Assembly: GCA_017442865.1 (NCBI GenBank) | Contig: JAFRXK010000010.1 | Location: forward strand, 17,810-81,809 | Direction: 5' to 3' | From: Lachnospiraceae bacterium | GTDB lineage: Bacteria; Bacillota; Clostridia; Lachnospirales; Lachnospiraceae | Length of the DNA: 64,000 nt | In this document: piece after piece, positions 27,709 to 37,641 of the stretch | Layout of the letters: every line of letters begins with the position of its first letter | Numbering within the stretch: the first letter of the stretch is position 1 | Notes under the pieces: generated by a model | The model's input: the letters and a program-made list of their open reading frames with translations, nothing else | Told to the model about the DNA's origin: nothing | The model's database searches: none | Program-made: the position numbers and the translations under genes

Positions 27709-29283
27709 TTACATAATAAGCTCTGAAACTGTTTCAATATCAGCCGAAGCCTCTACCTTCTGTGTTACACCATCTCCTGTATTAGGATGTTGTACCGAAT
27801 AAACTACATCAATTCCAAACAATATCAGCAGTACAACGCAGATTATCTTCCTTGCCTTTAATTTAATCAGACAATAAAGGCTGTCTAAAAGCGGTGCAAA
27901 TATATAAGTAAAACCTACTCCGGCAAGTCCGAAGACAAACAGACCCTCAAAGCATATCCTGCCCTTGATGTTCATAAAGTATCCCGTGTAGTCCCACCAC
28001 TTCATTCCTGCAAAGGTTTCAAGCCCCCATGCAGTTATATATTCAACAATTCCACACACAACAAACGCACCGATAAACATCAAATAAGGCTTTTCACGAA
28101 GCGGCTTTAATAATATGAGAATAAGCAGTCCTCCGACGCCGTATATCGGCAGCCATGGTCCAAACATGGTTCCTCTGTTTACAAATGTACCTGTCTCAGC
28201 AATATGTAAGAGTACCTCCCACAGCCATCCGACCATTGAAAATGAGAAGAAAAACAGAATATACGTTACAACAGTATAATCTCTCTTATAGTCAATCCTC
28301 AGCCACTTTCTTTTTTCAACAAACGGAAGCTTATAATCAACCATCCTGTACGGCCATTCATAGCTTTCTTCTACCGCAAGAGCATCATCATTCAAAACCT
28401 CACTGTATTTTTCGACTGTCTTTTCCCTGAGCTTCATGTACAACTCGGCATAAATGCACTCCTTGTACGGATTTAAAAATAAAACTCCTAATATTCCACC
28501 TGTAATTAATGATAAGATTTCCCATCCGATAAGAGAAAGCTCCAGCTTGAAGGTGTTCCATTTATCTCCGTACATCATCTCCTTAGAGATTGCAAAGGCT
28601 TCCTTTCTTCCTGCGTCAGGATTCTCGGCAAGTATATATGGTATCATAAGATATTCATAATGCTTGATAACTCCGCCCACAATTGTAAGCGACCACAGAG
28701 TATTAAACAAATTTCTCAGGAACATAACCAATGCAACATGTCTGACTCTGCCGACCTTATATACAAAAAGGAGTTTTTCTGCCTTTGTATATCTGTATCT
28801 TCTGTTCTCAAGGAAATACCTGTTTTCTCCGACCCTTATCATGCTCACTATAAACATTGAAAAGAGCATGGAAATAACAGCCATTATAAAAATCAGTATT
28901 GACTCCTTTACCTTATTCTGAAAAGCAATCTTATTGATACCGTTCAAAATTCCGAAACCGAATGACCTGCTTTGTGCATATTCATTAACAAACACCGAAA
29001 GGACTCCGCTATTATACTTCTCTGATGTCTCCTCCGGATTTAAATCGAATGGATTTAAATTGTGTTCTGAAAGAAACTCAAGTATAACATTTGAAGCAGA
29101 ATAATTATCGGATATTTCATCCGTAATTTCACCATTAACACCCTGCTGCATTACATCAGCGGTTCTGTAATGATAACCATTATTAATAATCAATCCCGCA
29201 ATGAACACAATCATTACATTTATAAACCAGTGTTTTTTCAGGCTTTGTCTGGCATTTTTCCTAAGCTCTTTTCTACTTCCCAT
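27709..29283 (-). CDS. Polytopic membrane protein, DUF975-like N-terminal half fused to a PF06541-like (putative ABC-transporter type IV) C-terminal half
   Basis: The N-terminus KELRKNARQSLKKHWFINVMIVF is DUF975-like. The C-terminal half FFSFSMVGWLWEVLLH...NRGTMFGPWLPIYGVGG resembles PF06541. Confidence 0.55.
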   Translation of the reverse strand: MGSRKELRKNARQSLKKHWFINVMIVFIAGLIINNGYHYRTADVMQQGVNGEITDEISDNYSASNVILEFLSEHNLNPFDLNPEETSEKYNSGVLSVFVNEYAQSRSFGFGILNGINKIAFQNKVKESILIFIMAVISMLFSMFIVSMIRVGENRYFLENRRYRYTKAEKLLFVYKVGRVRHVALVMFLRNLFNTLWSLTIVGGVIKHYEYLMIPYILAENPDAGRKEAFAISKEMMYGDKWNTFKLELSLIGWEILSLITGGILGVLFLNPYKECIYAELYMKLREKTVEKYSEVLNDDALAVEESYEWPYRMVDYKLPFVEKRKWLRIDYKRDYTVVTYILFFFSFSMVGWLWEVLLHIAETGTFVNRGTMFGPWLPIYGVGGLLILILLKPLREKPYLMFIGAFVVCGIVEYITAWGLETFAGMKWWDYTGYFMNIKGRICFEGLFVFGLAGVGFTYIFAPLLDSLYCLIKLKARKIICVVLLILFGIDVVYSVQHPNTGDGVTQKVEASADIETVSELIM

Positions 29284-30154
29284 ATAAGTTTCCTCTCATG
29301 AATTCTTTGACAGCTTCAAGCTGCTTTAATGCAGTATCTCTTCCCATATCGTAAGATGCCTGTATCTTCTGCCTGTCATGCTCCACCCTGCCCGCAATAA
29401 TAGGCTCCTTAGGGCAGATAATAAATGCATTGCCGCATCTTTCCTGCTCAAAAACATATTCTCTCTGCTTATTGTATATAAGATGGCGGTTTTTCACAGC
29501 TTCAATCAGCTTCGGATATTTTCTGTACATTAATTTCATCAATGGTATCGTGCTGTTCTTTTCTTTTATGTAATCTCTCGTCTGCGTAAGAATAACAATG
29601 TTTTTTCTGTACCCGCTTTTATTCATAAACTCCAGCGGAATAGAATCCGAAATGCCGCCGTCAAGGAGCTGCATCCCGTCAAGGCAGACCGCCTTTGATA
29701 CAAGCGGCATGGAGGCTGACGCCCTCACCCACTCAAAGCACTCATCATCAGCCTTATTGCACTTATGATAAACCGGCTGTCCCGTATTCATATCGGTGCA
29801 TACAACATAAAAATCCATAGGCGACTTATCATACGCCTCATAATCAAATAAATCCAGCTCCTTTGGAATCGTCTGATAGCAGAACTTGGCACCGAACAAA
29901 TCACCAGTCTTAATCAATGACCGAAAACTGCAGTATCTTGGGTCATCGCAGTACGCTAAATTGTACCTTAGTGCCCTGCCCTTCTGTCCCGACTTGTAAT
30001 TACAGCCAAACGCCGCGCCTGCGGACACTCCGATTGCACAGTCAAATTCAATATTGTTTTCAAGAAATACATCAATTACTCCGGCGGTAAATATGCCTCT
30101 TAAGCCTCCGCCTTCCATGACAAGACCGGTTTTTCCGTGTTCATTATCGCTCAT
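29273..30154 (-). CDS. Patatin-like phospholipase
   Basis: The oxyanion motif is GGGLRG, the nucleophile motif GVSAGA and the catalytic Asp context LLDGGISD. The start is uncertain (ATG 30154 or TTG 30172). The 3' end overlaps the downstream gene start by 11 nt. Confidence 0.8.
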   Translation of the reverse strand: MSDNEHGKTGLVMEGGGLRGIFTAGVIDVFLENNIEFDCAIGVSAGAAFGCNYKSGQKGRALRYNLAYCDDPRYCSFRSLIKTGDLFGAKFCYQTIPKELDLFDYEAYDKSPMDFYVVCTDMNTGQPVYHKCNKADDECFEWVRASASMPLVSKAVCLDGMQLLDGGISDSIPLEFMNKSGYRKNIVILTQTRDYIKEKNSTIPLMKLMYRKYPKLIEAVKNRHLIYNKQREYVFEQERCGNAFIICPKEPIIAGRVEHDRQKIQASYDMGRDTALKQLEAVKEFMRGNLYGK

Positions 30155-30240
30155 AATCAAATATATAATCAATTATCGTGATGTTATTATCAAAATCCGA
30201 TAACCGATTATGCTCCCTCCTTTGTATTAAAGGTATTAAA

Positions 30241-31587
30241 CTATTGCCTGTAATTATACGCATTTTCAAATTTAATATTATAAATATCCGAGCCGTCGTT
30301 TGAAGACCAGATTCTATACGACGCCTTTGATTTATCGTCTATCACTTTGACATTTCTTATTGTTATATCGTGAATGCTTCCCCTCTTTAAAACAGTAGTC
30401 CACCTTGGGGTTGAGCCCGGAATTGAAAAATCTCCTGCCGGCACGTTGGTAAAATCAAGCCATATATTCCAGCCGTCTCCGTTCTCAGGCACATCTATCT
30501 CTTCAATGGTAATATTCTCCCAAAGGACATTGAATACCTCGGTATCATCTGCATTGTGAATACTTATCGACGCCTTGTGCAGCTGGTGAAGCACCGTGAC
30601 ATTTCTAAACTCAATGTTGTACATCTGCGGCTTATCGCTCTTGCCCTTATTTGTCTCAAAGCCTATCTCCATGCACTGTGCAAGGTCTGTCCAGATAAGG
30701 CAGTTATTAACATAAATATCATGCGAATTAACATTGAACAGGTAGCTTTTCACAACTATGCTGTCGTCCCACGTCCTGATAAAACAATTGTCAATATACA
30801 CATTTCTTGACGACTGTATGGAAATTCCGTCGCTGTTTGCCTTTGCGGAAATGATTTTTACATTATCAAAATATACATAATCACTGTTTGCAACGCCGCA
30901 TACCCAGCATGGCGGGTTCAGTATAGATATACCCTCAAGCCGCACATTTTTGCACTCTCTTATCGCTATAGGGTAAAATGCTCTCTTTATATTCCACGCC
31001 CAGTTTGCATGGTGGCTTCCGTCAACTATGCCTCGTCCGCAGATTCTTGTGTTGTCCGCAAAAAACACTCTTCCGTACAAGGCAGCGCCGCCCTCTATAT
31101 AAAGCGTCTGCCCCTCTTTAAGCTTAATATCCTCATAAAGCGCAGTCCCTGCATTTATGCTTATCACATCACCCTCTGGCTCCGCCTGCAGCCTGCCCGT
31201 AAATATAAACAGCGTGTTATTCCTGTCATTGTTAAATTCAACCGAATACTGACCAAATGTCACGGAATCCGAAAGTATAAACAGAATATCAGTCGTTCCA
31301 TCCTCATAATGATTGATTACAGGCTTTATATCTGCTGCCAGAGGTCTTATTGTTACAGTCTCAACGTCAAATTCTGTATGCACTCTGACATTGACTTTGT
31401 CCTCAAAATCAAATATTCCTACGGCAGCATATGAAAGCGTCCATCCGAAATCCTGTCTCCATATGTGAGTATTGTTAACCTCGGTAAAAAACACTCCCAC
31501 TCTGATATCATCCGCAAAAAGCGAAATGCCCTCCGCAATTCTTTTTCCTGGCGGTATATCGTATGCTCTTAATTTCTCCTTGTACAT
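30241..31587 (-). CDS. Right-handed beta-helix glycoside hydrolase-like protein (GH28/GH49-like), no signal peptide
   Basis: NSDGISIQSSRNVYIDNCFIRTWDDSIVVKS resembles the GH28 NTDG and GDD motifs. The GHG and RIK motifs are not evident. Confidence 0.5.
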   Translation of the reverse strand: MYKEKLRAYDIPPGKRIAEGISLFADDIRVGVFFTEVNNTHIWRQDFGWTLSYAAVGIFDFEDKVNVRVHTEFDVETVTIRPLAADIKPVINHYEDGTTDILFILSDSVTFGQYSVEFNNDRNNTLFIFTGRLQAEPEGDVISINAGTALYEDIKLKEGQTLYIEGGAALYGRVFFADNTRICGRGIVDGSHHANWAWNIKRAFYPIAIRECKNVRLEGISILNPPCWVCGVANSDYVYFDNVKIISAKANSDGISIQSSRNVYIDNCFIRTWDDSIVVKSYLFNVNSHDIYVNNCLIWTDLAQCMEIGFETNKGKSDKPQMYNIEFRNVTVLHQLHKASISIHNADDTEVFNVLWENITIEEIDVPENGDGWNIWLDFTNVPAGDFSIPGSTPRWTTVLKRGSIHDITIRNVKVIDDKSKASYRIWSSNDGSDIYNIKFENAYNYRQ

Positions 31588-31600
31588 GTCACTATCCTCC

Positions 31601-31650
31601 GGTCAAAATCTAAAATGAACCGTCCTCCTGCTTACAAGCTGACGGTCCAT
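31601..31650 (-). terminator. Terminator after the flavodiiron gene
   Basis: On the minus strand, auggaccguc pairs with gacgguucau. The hairpin is followed by UUUAGAUUUU. Confidence 0.55.
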
Positions 31651-31685
31651 TAAAGCTTTACAGCATTCATCAGGCAATATATAAA

Positions 31686-32855
31686 TCAGCCTAAAATTTC
31701 ATCTGCAAGAATATACATATCGCGCTCGTTTGCTTCACTCATAGTTGATTTGATTGTAATTACAGTCTCACATATAGTCACATTCTTAAATGTCTCTACT
31801 ATCGCTCTCATAGTCTTTGCTGCACTTGGCGCCCATGAGCCGTTCTCTACCAATGCAAGCCTTCTGTTCTGATAGTTCTTCGCCTTAAGGTGATGCAGGA
31901 ATCTCTCCATAGGCGGGAACACGCCTGCATCATATGATGATGACATAAGCACCATCTTGTCATAACGGAAAGCATCCTCAACAGCCTCTGCCTCGTCGTC
32001 TCTCGAAAGGTCAAACAGGCTTACCTTCTTTGCACCCTTCTCCTCAAGTATTTCTGCAAGACGCTTTGCAGCCTTCGCGGTATTTCCGTGAATTGAAGCA
32101 TACGCAATAGTCACTCCGTCATCCTCAGGAGTGTAGCTGCTCCAGGTATTGTACTTATCAATATAATACTCAAGGTCTTCATTGAGCACAGGACCGTGAA
32201 GCGGACAAATCGTCCGGATATCAAGTGCTGCCGTCTTCTTTAACAACGCCTGAACCTGTGCGCCGTACTTGCCGACAATATTGAAATAATAACGTCTTGC
32301 CTCGCACGCCCAGCCCTCGTCATCCTCTGAGTCCAGTGTACCGAACTTACCGAAGGCATCCGCTGAAAACAGCACCTTGTCCGTGCTCTCATAAACCACC
32401 ATAACCTCCGGCCAGTGTACCATAGGCGCAAGGAAGAACTTAAGCGTATGTGTACCGAGATTAAGCTCGCTTCCTTCTCCGACTTCAACTGCCCTCTCTC
32501 CAAGCTCTATATCAAAAAACTGATTAAACATCGCAAATGTCTTTTTGTTGCCGACCAGCCTTATCTGCGGATAAGCATTGAGAAGCTCACCGATGCTGCC
32601 TGCATGGTCAGGCTCAATATGTGTTATAACAAGGTAATCAGGAGTTCTTCCTGCAAGCGCCTCCTTAAGATTTGCAAGCCACTCCGTCGTCATCCTTGCG
32701 TCAGCGGTATCCATAACCGCAATCTTATCATCTAATATAAGATATGAATTATATGAAACGCCCTCAGGCAATACATACTGGCTCTCAAACAAATCCAGAG
32801 TCTTATCATCCACTCCTATATATTTTATTGAATCTGAAATAAAAATATCAGCCAT
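31686..32855 (-). CDS. fprA: FprA-type flavodiiron protein (MBL-like domain plus flavodoxin domain)
   Basis: The di-iron motif is ITHIEPDHAGS. The C-terminal flavodoxin segment reads VTIAYASIHGNTAKAA. The start is set at ATG 32855. Confidence 0.85.
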   Translation of the reverse strand: MADIFISDSIKYIGVDDKTLDLFESQYVLPEGVSYNSYLILDDKIAVMDTADARMTTEWLANLKEALAGRTPDYLVITHIEPDHAGSIGELLNAYPQIRLVGNKKTFAMFNQFFDIELGERAVEVGEGSELNLGTHTLKFFLAPMVHWPEVMVVYESTDKVLFSADAFGKFGTLDSEDDEGWACEARRYYFNIVGKYGAQVQALLKKTAALDIRTICPLHGPVLNEDLEYYIDKYNTWSSYTPEDDGVTIAYASIHGNTAKAAKRLAEILEEKGAKKVSLFDLSRDDEAEAVEDAFRYDKMVLMSSSYDAGVFPPMERFLHHLKAKNYQNRRLALVENGSWAPSAAKTMRAIVETFKNVTICETVITIKSTMSEANERDMYILADEILG

Positions 32856-32939
32856 TTTTCTTTCCTCGCTTTCAATTTGACTATATAACATTATAAATCA
32901 TGGCACACACTTTAACAAGAATTATTTTACCTGCACTGC

Positions 32940-34478
32940 CTATGAAAACAGCTGCCTCTTGCGCTCAATCATCTCGTCAATTCTTTCAATATACTGATTT
33001 ACCTCTTTTACATTGACGCAGCGCTCAAGCCTTCCGTCAGGAAACGCCCTCTTTGTAACCGAGCCTGCGCCCAGCGCAATTATCGACTGCTTCTCCTCCA
33101 TAATCAGTATATTATATATTCCAGCCTTGCCTTCCTTTGCATATCCGACATTCTCAAGATTGCCCGCCATATTCTTCTGGCGGTATAAATAATAAGGCTT
33201 CAGGCCGATTTTTGCGCAGTAATCTGCGGTAAGCTGCATCATCTCGTCTGTGTTTACCATGCTAAGACCGCTGTAAAGCTCTTTTTCGGTATTAAGCCTT
33301 GCGGCGCGCTTTACGGCAAGCGAATGCACAGTAATGTTCTCAGGGGCAAGCCTTACAAGCTCCTCCATCGTATTTCTCACGTCATCAATATTCTCCTCCG
33401 GGAGCCCCAGAATAATGTCCATATTTATATTATCAAAGCCTGTCTGCCTTGCAAGCGCAAACACTTCCTTAATCTGTTCTACAGTATGATGCCTGCCGAT
33501 TAATTTAAGCGTGTCCTGCTTCATCGTCTGCGGATTTATCGAAATTCTCGTTACCTTATGCTTTTTTATAGCCTCAAGCTTATCTATGGTAATGCTGTCC
33601 GGGCGTCCCGCCTCCACGGTAAACTCCTGCATATATGTAAAATCAAAGCTGTCCTCAAGCTTCGTAAGCAGCCTGTCCATCTGCCCGGCCGTTATGCTTG
33701 TAGGCGTTCCGCCGCCAATATAAATCGTATTAAGTTTTTTATCCTTAAAAGCTTCAGCAACATAATCAATTTCCTTAAATACCGCATCAAGATACTCGTC
33801 CACCCTGTTTCTCCACATACCTATCGGGTTTGAGGTAAATGAGCAGTAAAGGCAGGTTGTGGGACAGAACGGAATGCCTACATAAATGCTGTAGCCGTCC
33901 TCGTAATCAATATTCTCAAGGATTTTAAGCTCCCTTGCTGCAATCTCCATGCTGAGTCTTATCTTTTCATCACTTGTAAGATATTCATCCTTCATGTATG
34001 AAATGATTTCTTCGTCAGAAGCCCCCTCCTCATACATAGCCATAGGAATCTTTGTAGGTCTTATGCCAGTAAGCGTGCCCCATGGCAGAGTCCTTCCCGT
34101 ATGCTCCGATAAAAGGCTGTAAAGTCCCCTTTTCAGCGCACACTTATACTCTTTTCTGTCATCATATTCAGCCTGCGCCCTTAAAGTTTTCCTGAATACT
34201 ATCTGTCCGGCTTCACACTCATCATTTTTCTTATCCGATACCGCACGCTCTGCCTCACACCCGTCAGATGCTTTTTTATCCGGGCAGGATTCTTCTATGC
34301 AGGGTATCCTGTCAAATACGGTAAAGCTGATATCTGCATAATGCTCAAAATAGTCCGCATTTATAATTTTATCCGAAGGAATATCCTTTGTAGTAATCTC
34401 TTCCCCCGGATAAAATGACATCACAATGCCTCTTATGTCATATTCAAAATTATCTTCACTAAGAACCAGTCTTATCAT
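32940..34478 (-). CDS. hemZ: HemZ-like radical SAM protein (oxygen-independent coproporphyrinogen-III oxidase family)
   Basis: It has the radical SAM CxxxCxxC motif (IPFCPTTCLYCSF), YIGGGTPT, and the long N-terminal extension typical of HemZ. Confidence 0.8.
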   Translation of the reverse strand: MIRLVLSEDNFEYDIRGIVMSFYPGEEITTKDIPSDKIINADYFEHYADISFTVFDRIPCIEESCPDKKASDGCEAERAVSDKKNDECEAGQIVFRKTLRAQAEYDDRKEYKCALKRGLYSLLSEHTGRTLPWGTLTGIRPTKIPMAMYEEGASDEEIISYMKDEYLTSDEKIRLSMEIAARELKILENIDYEDGYSIYVGIPFCPTTCLYCSFTSNPIGMWRNRVDEYLDAVFKEIDYVAEAFKDKKLNTIYIGGGTPTSITAGQMDRLLTKLEDSFDFTYMQEFTVEAGRPDSITIDKLEAIKKHKVTRISINPQTMKQDTLKLIGRHHTVEQIKEVFALARQTGFDNINMDIILGLPEENIDDVRNTMEELVRLAPENITVHSLAVKRAARLNTEKELYSGLSMVNTDEMMQLTADYCAKIGLKPYYLYRQKNMAGNLENVGYAKEGKAGIYNILIMEEKQSIIALGAGSVTKRAFPDGRLERCVNVKEVNQYIERIDEMIERKRQLFS

Positions 34479-34489
34479 TAAATTCTCCC

Positions 34490-35140
34490 TTATTCGTAAT
34501 TTGCTAAAAAGGCTGACATAGGGTTATTAAGCTTCTCAAAGCCTATATCGGTCTGCTCGTCATGCCCCGGATACACCTTCACATCATCAGGCAGCACCAA
34601 AAGCCTTGTGCATATCGAATCAATCAGCTCTCTCATGGATGATGTAGGAAAATCGGTTCTTCCGTATGAGCAGCAAAACAGTGTATCTCCGCTTAAAAGC
34701 GCCTTTTCATCTCTTATATAATAGCACATACCGCCCTTTGTGTGTCCCGGCGTATGAATAGCTGTTATATTAAAGCCTGCAAGCTCAAAATGTTCTCCGT
34801 CACCCAGATAAACGTCTGCATCAAGCGTATACGGAAACGCCCACGCTGCCGACAGATTTTTTGAGGCGTCATTAAGCAGAGCCTTTTCGTGCTCTCCGGC
34901 ATAAATCTTTACATCAAAATATTTTCTCAACTCGTCAGCGGCAAGTATATGGTCAAAATGTCCATGTGTAAGCAGAATACCTCTCACCGTCAATCCATTG
35001 TTCAGGCAATAGCTCTTAATTGTAAAAGCATCATCTGCCGGGTCAACAATAATAACCTCTTTTGTCTCCGTGTTTATCAGATAATAACAGTTTGTGCTGA
35101 TAGCACCCAGCACATCACTTTCAACCCTCAATTTTCCCAT
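34490..35140 (-). CDS. MBL-fold metallo-hydrolase (glyoxalase II-like)
   Basis: The sequence shows LLTHGHFDH and HTPGHTKG. Confidence 0.85.
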   Translation of the reverse strand: MGKLRVESDVLGAISTNCYYLINTETKEVIIVDPADDAFTIKSYCLNNGLTVRGILLTHGHFDHILAADELRKYFDVKIYAGEHEKALLNDASKNLSAAWAFPYTLDADVYLGDGEHFELAGFNITAIHTPGHTKGGMCYYIRDEKALLSGDTLFCCSYGRTDFPTSSMRELIDSICTRLLVLPDDVKVYPGHDEQTDIGFEKLNNPMSAFLANYE

Positions 35141-35161
35141 AATACATTCTCCGCATAATAA

Positions 35162-37411
35162 TTATTTAATTGTTGTTCTTACAACATCTAAAACGCCATC
35201 AACAACCCTTAAAGCCCTCGCAAACTCCACAAGCTCTCCTCTGTCAGCTATCTCAAAATGCATTGACATAATGATGGTGTTGTTCTTTTTGTTGCTGCGT
35301 ATATTCAGCGAACGGATATCTATCTTCTTTTCTGCGGCAATGCCTGAAAGTCTTGCAAGCATACCCGGGCGGTTCTCTGCAATAACATCAATGCCGGCAT
35401 TATACTTTATATCACTGTCTGCATCAATCCATTCAACATCAACAAGCTTGTCAGTGTCTATTGACTGCAAATTTGTACAATCCTTCCTATGTACTGAAAT
35501 AATGCCTCCATTTGTACAATATCCGATAATATCATCACCCGGAACAGGACTGCAGCATCTGGACAGCTTAGTCTCCATAAAAGGATCATCCTTAACCATA
35601 ACTCCTGTATTGTTCTTAGGCTGTCTTTGGTTGCGCAATGCATCAGGAAGCTTTCCTCCGATATATTCCTCCGTCAGCTTGTTGACAACCTGACCTTCCT
35701 TAATACTTCCGTGTCCTATAGCGGCAAGCACCGAATCCCAGTCAGAATAACCATATTTACGATATATCTTCTCCATATATTGAGGCTTCAATATATCCCC
35801 CAAATTAATACTCTTTACTTCACAGTAGCTTTCAATAGCCTTCCTGCCCTTTAGAATGTTGTCATCCCTGTTCTGTGACCTGAACCACTGATTTATCTTG
35901 CTTCTCGCCTGTGCGCTCTTTACAAAGCCCAGCCACTCCTTAGACGGACCCGTAGACTTGTCAGAATCCAGAATCTCGATTCTGTCGCCGTTCTGAATCA
36001 CATAGTCAACCGGCGTAAGCTTTCCGTTGACCTTTGCACCGACCATCCTGTTGCCTACGGCAGTATGCACGCTGTAAGCAAAATCAACAATCGTTGAACC
36101 CTTCGGAAGCGTCTTGTGCTCTCCGGTAGGCGTAAAGCAGTGTACCATATCATTAAAGATATCAAGGTCATTTTTAACAAGGCTTAAAAATTCATGGTTA
36201 TCCTCCATGTCATTATGAAGCTCAAGAATCTCCCTTAACCAGAGCATCTTGTTCTTTTCTGCATCCGCATGATTATCCCCGTCGCCATCCCTATACTGCC
36301 AGTGTGCGGTTATACCGTATTCCGCAACCTTCTGCATATCCCAGGTTCTGATCTGTATATCAAAAGGCTGACCATTCTTGGAAATCACTGTGGTATGAAG
36401 TGAACGGTACATATTTGCCTTTGGCATGGCAATATAATCCCTGAACTTGCCCAGTATAGGCTTATACAGCTCATGCACTGCGCCAAGCGCAGCATAACAG
36501 TCCTTCTCAGAATCCACAATAATCTTTATCGCAAATACATCATCCACCTGCTCAACCGTCTTGTCCTGATTGACCATCTTTTTGTAAATACTGAAGAAGT
36601 GCTTAACTCTGCCCTCGACATGTGCCGCCTCCAGACCATAATGCTTTAAATGCTCTTTTATCTCCTCTGAGACCTCCTGCATAAACTGCTCTCTGCTCTG
36701 CCTCGTATCCTCAAGGCGTTTTTTAAGCATATCATATACGTCGGGCTCAAGATATTTGATTGCAAGGTCGTCAAGCTCAACCTTTATGCGGCTGATACCA
36801 AGTCTGTGCGCTATCGGCGCATAAATATCCCTTGTCTCCCTTGCCTTTTCCTGCTGCTTTTCAGGCTTCATATACTGAAGCGTGCGCATATTGTGAAGTC
36901 TGTCCGCAAGCTTAATAATGACCACGCGGATGTCGCGAGCCATCGCAATAAACATCTTTCTTAAATTCTCCGCCTGCTTATCGGTCTTGTCTGCCGACCA
37001 CGAAAAATTGGTGAGCTTTGTTACTCCCTCAACAAGATATGCAACATCATCACCAAAAAGCTGCGCCACGCCTTCCTTTGTCATCTCGGTATCCTCCACA
37101 ATATCATGTAAAATACCGCCAATAATAGTATCTGCATCCATGTGAAGTTTTGCCAGAATTATTGCAACACAAAGCGGGTGAACTATATATGGCTCACCCG
37201 ACTTTCTCCTCTGCTCCTTATGAGCAGCATTTGCAAGATTATATGCCTTTTCAATTTTTTGAAGCTGTTCATCAGAATAATCGTCCTTTAATATATTCAT
37301 CAAAGCACCAAACAATTCTTCCGGCATAGTGGATGAAATATAGGTGTCCTTAATACAGCTTATATCATTTCCAGACATTTTCTCTTCACCAATCATTTTC
37401 TCATTTGGCAT
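35162..37411 (-). CDS. relA: Bifunctional (p)ppGpp synthetase/hydrolase RelA/SpoT
   Basis: It has the HD hydrolase motif (ILHDIVEDT), a synthetase domain (YRSLHTTV), and TGS and ACT regions. Confidence 0.93.
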   Translation of the reverse strand: MPNEKMIGEEKMSGNDISCIKDTYISSTMPEELFGALMNILKDDYSDEQLQKIEKAYNLANAAHKEQRRKSGEPYIVHPLCVAIILAKLHMDADTIIGGILHDIVEDTEMTKEGVAQLFGDDVAYLVEGVTKLTNFSWSADKTDKQAENLRKMFIAMARDIRVVIIKLADRLHNMRTLQYMKPEKQQEKARETRDIYAPIAHRLGISRIKVELDDLAIKYLEPDVYDMLKKRLEDTRQSREQFMQEVSEEIKEHLKHYGLEAAHVEGRVKHFFSIYKKMVNQDKTVEQVDDVFAIKIIVDSEKDCYAALGAVHELYKPILGKFRDYIAMPKANMYRSLHTTVISKNGQPFDIQIRTWDMQKVAEYGITAHWQYRDGDGDNHADAEKNKMLWLREILELHNDMEDNHEFLSLVKNDLDIFNDMVHCFTPTGEHKTLPKGSTIVDFAYSVHTAVGNRMVGAKVNGKLTPVDYVIQNGDRIEILDSDKSTGPSKEWLGFVKSAQARSKINQWFRSQNRDDNILKGRKAIESYCEVKSINLGDILKPQYMEKIYRKYGYSDWDSVLAAIGHGSIKEGQVVNKLTEEYIGGKLPDALRNQRQPKNNTGVMVKDDPFMETKLSRCCSPVPGDDIIGYCTNGGIISVHRKDCTNLQSIDTDKLVDVEWIDADSDIKYNAGIDVIAENRPGMLARLSGIAAEKKIDIRSLNIRSNKKNNTIIMSMHFEIADRGELVEFARALRVVDGVLDVVRTTIK

Positions 37412-37602
37412 ATTAAATCACCTTCAGCATCTTTACTAAAAGATATATCATTTTATAATATGATGTCGGAGTCAAAACACGATATCCTGACTGTTCCATA
37501 CTTCGTGTTTCCACAATCTGCTCACATTCCGTACTTTCGTGGCACATTTGCCCCACTTCATGCTCCATATGAGGCGAGTTGCAAGGTCACTTGCCCACTT
37601 TC

Positions 37603-37638
37603 CGACAAACTCAAAGCAGGTCCGGCCTTCTGGCCCTG
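37603..37638 (-). terminator. Possible pfkA terminator
   Basis: On the minus strand, the hairpin CAGGGCCAGAAGGCCGGACCUG is followed by CUUUGAGUUUG. The U-tract is weak. Confidence 0.4.
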
Positions 37639-37641
37639 ATA

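Noticed and set aside
29273-30154. Patatin-like phospholipase as a CBASS-type defence effector
   Set aside because: No cyclase/nucleotidyltransferase, CARF/SAVED or other signalling gene is adjacent. The neighbours are membrane and lipase-like proteins.
35094-35693. 199-aa plus-strand ORF
   Set aside because: It is antisense to the 3' part of relA and the MBL gene start, with a low-complexity Ser/Leu-rich translation.
37412-37641. 6S RNA or SRP RNA in the pfkA-relA spacer
   Set aside because: I could not build the long closing stem and central bubble expected of 6S RNA. CAGGUCCGG resembles SRP domain IV, but the conserved GGAA-loop/AGCAGC context is missing. I kept the spacer only as an unclassified candidate in the findings.
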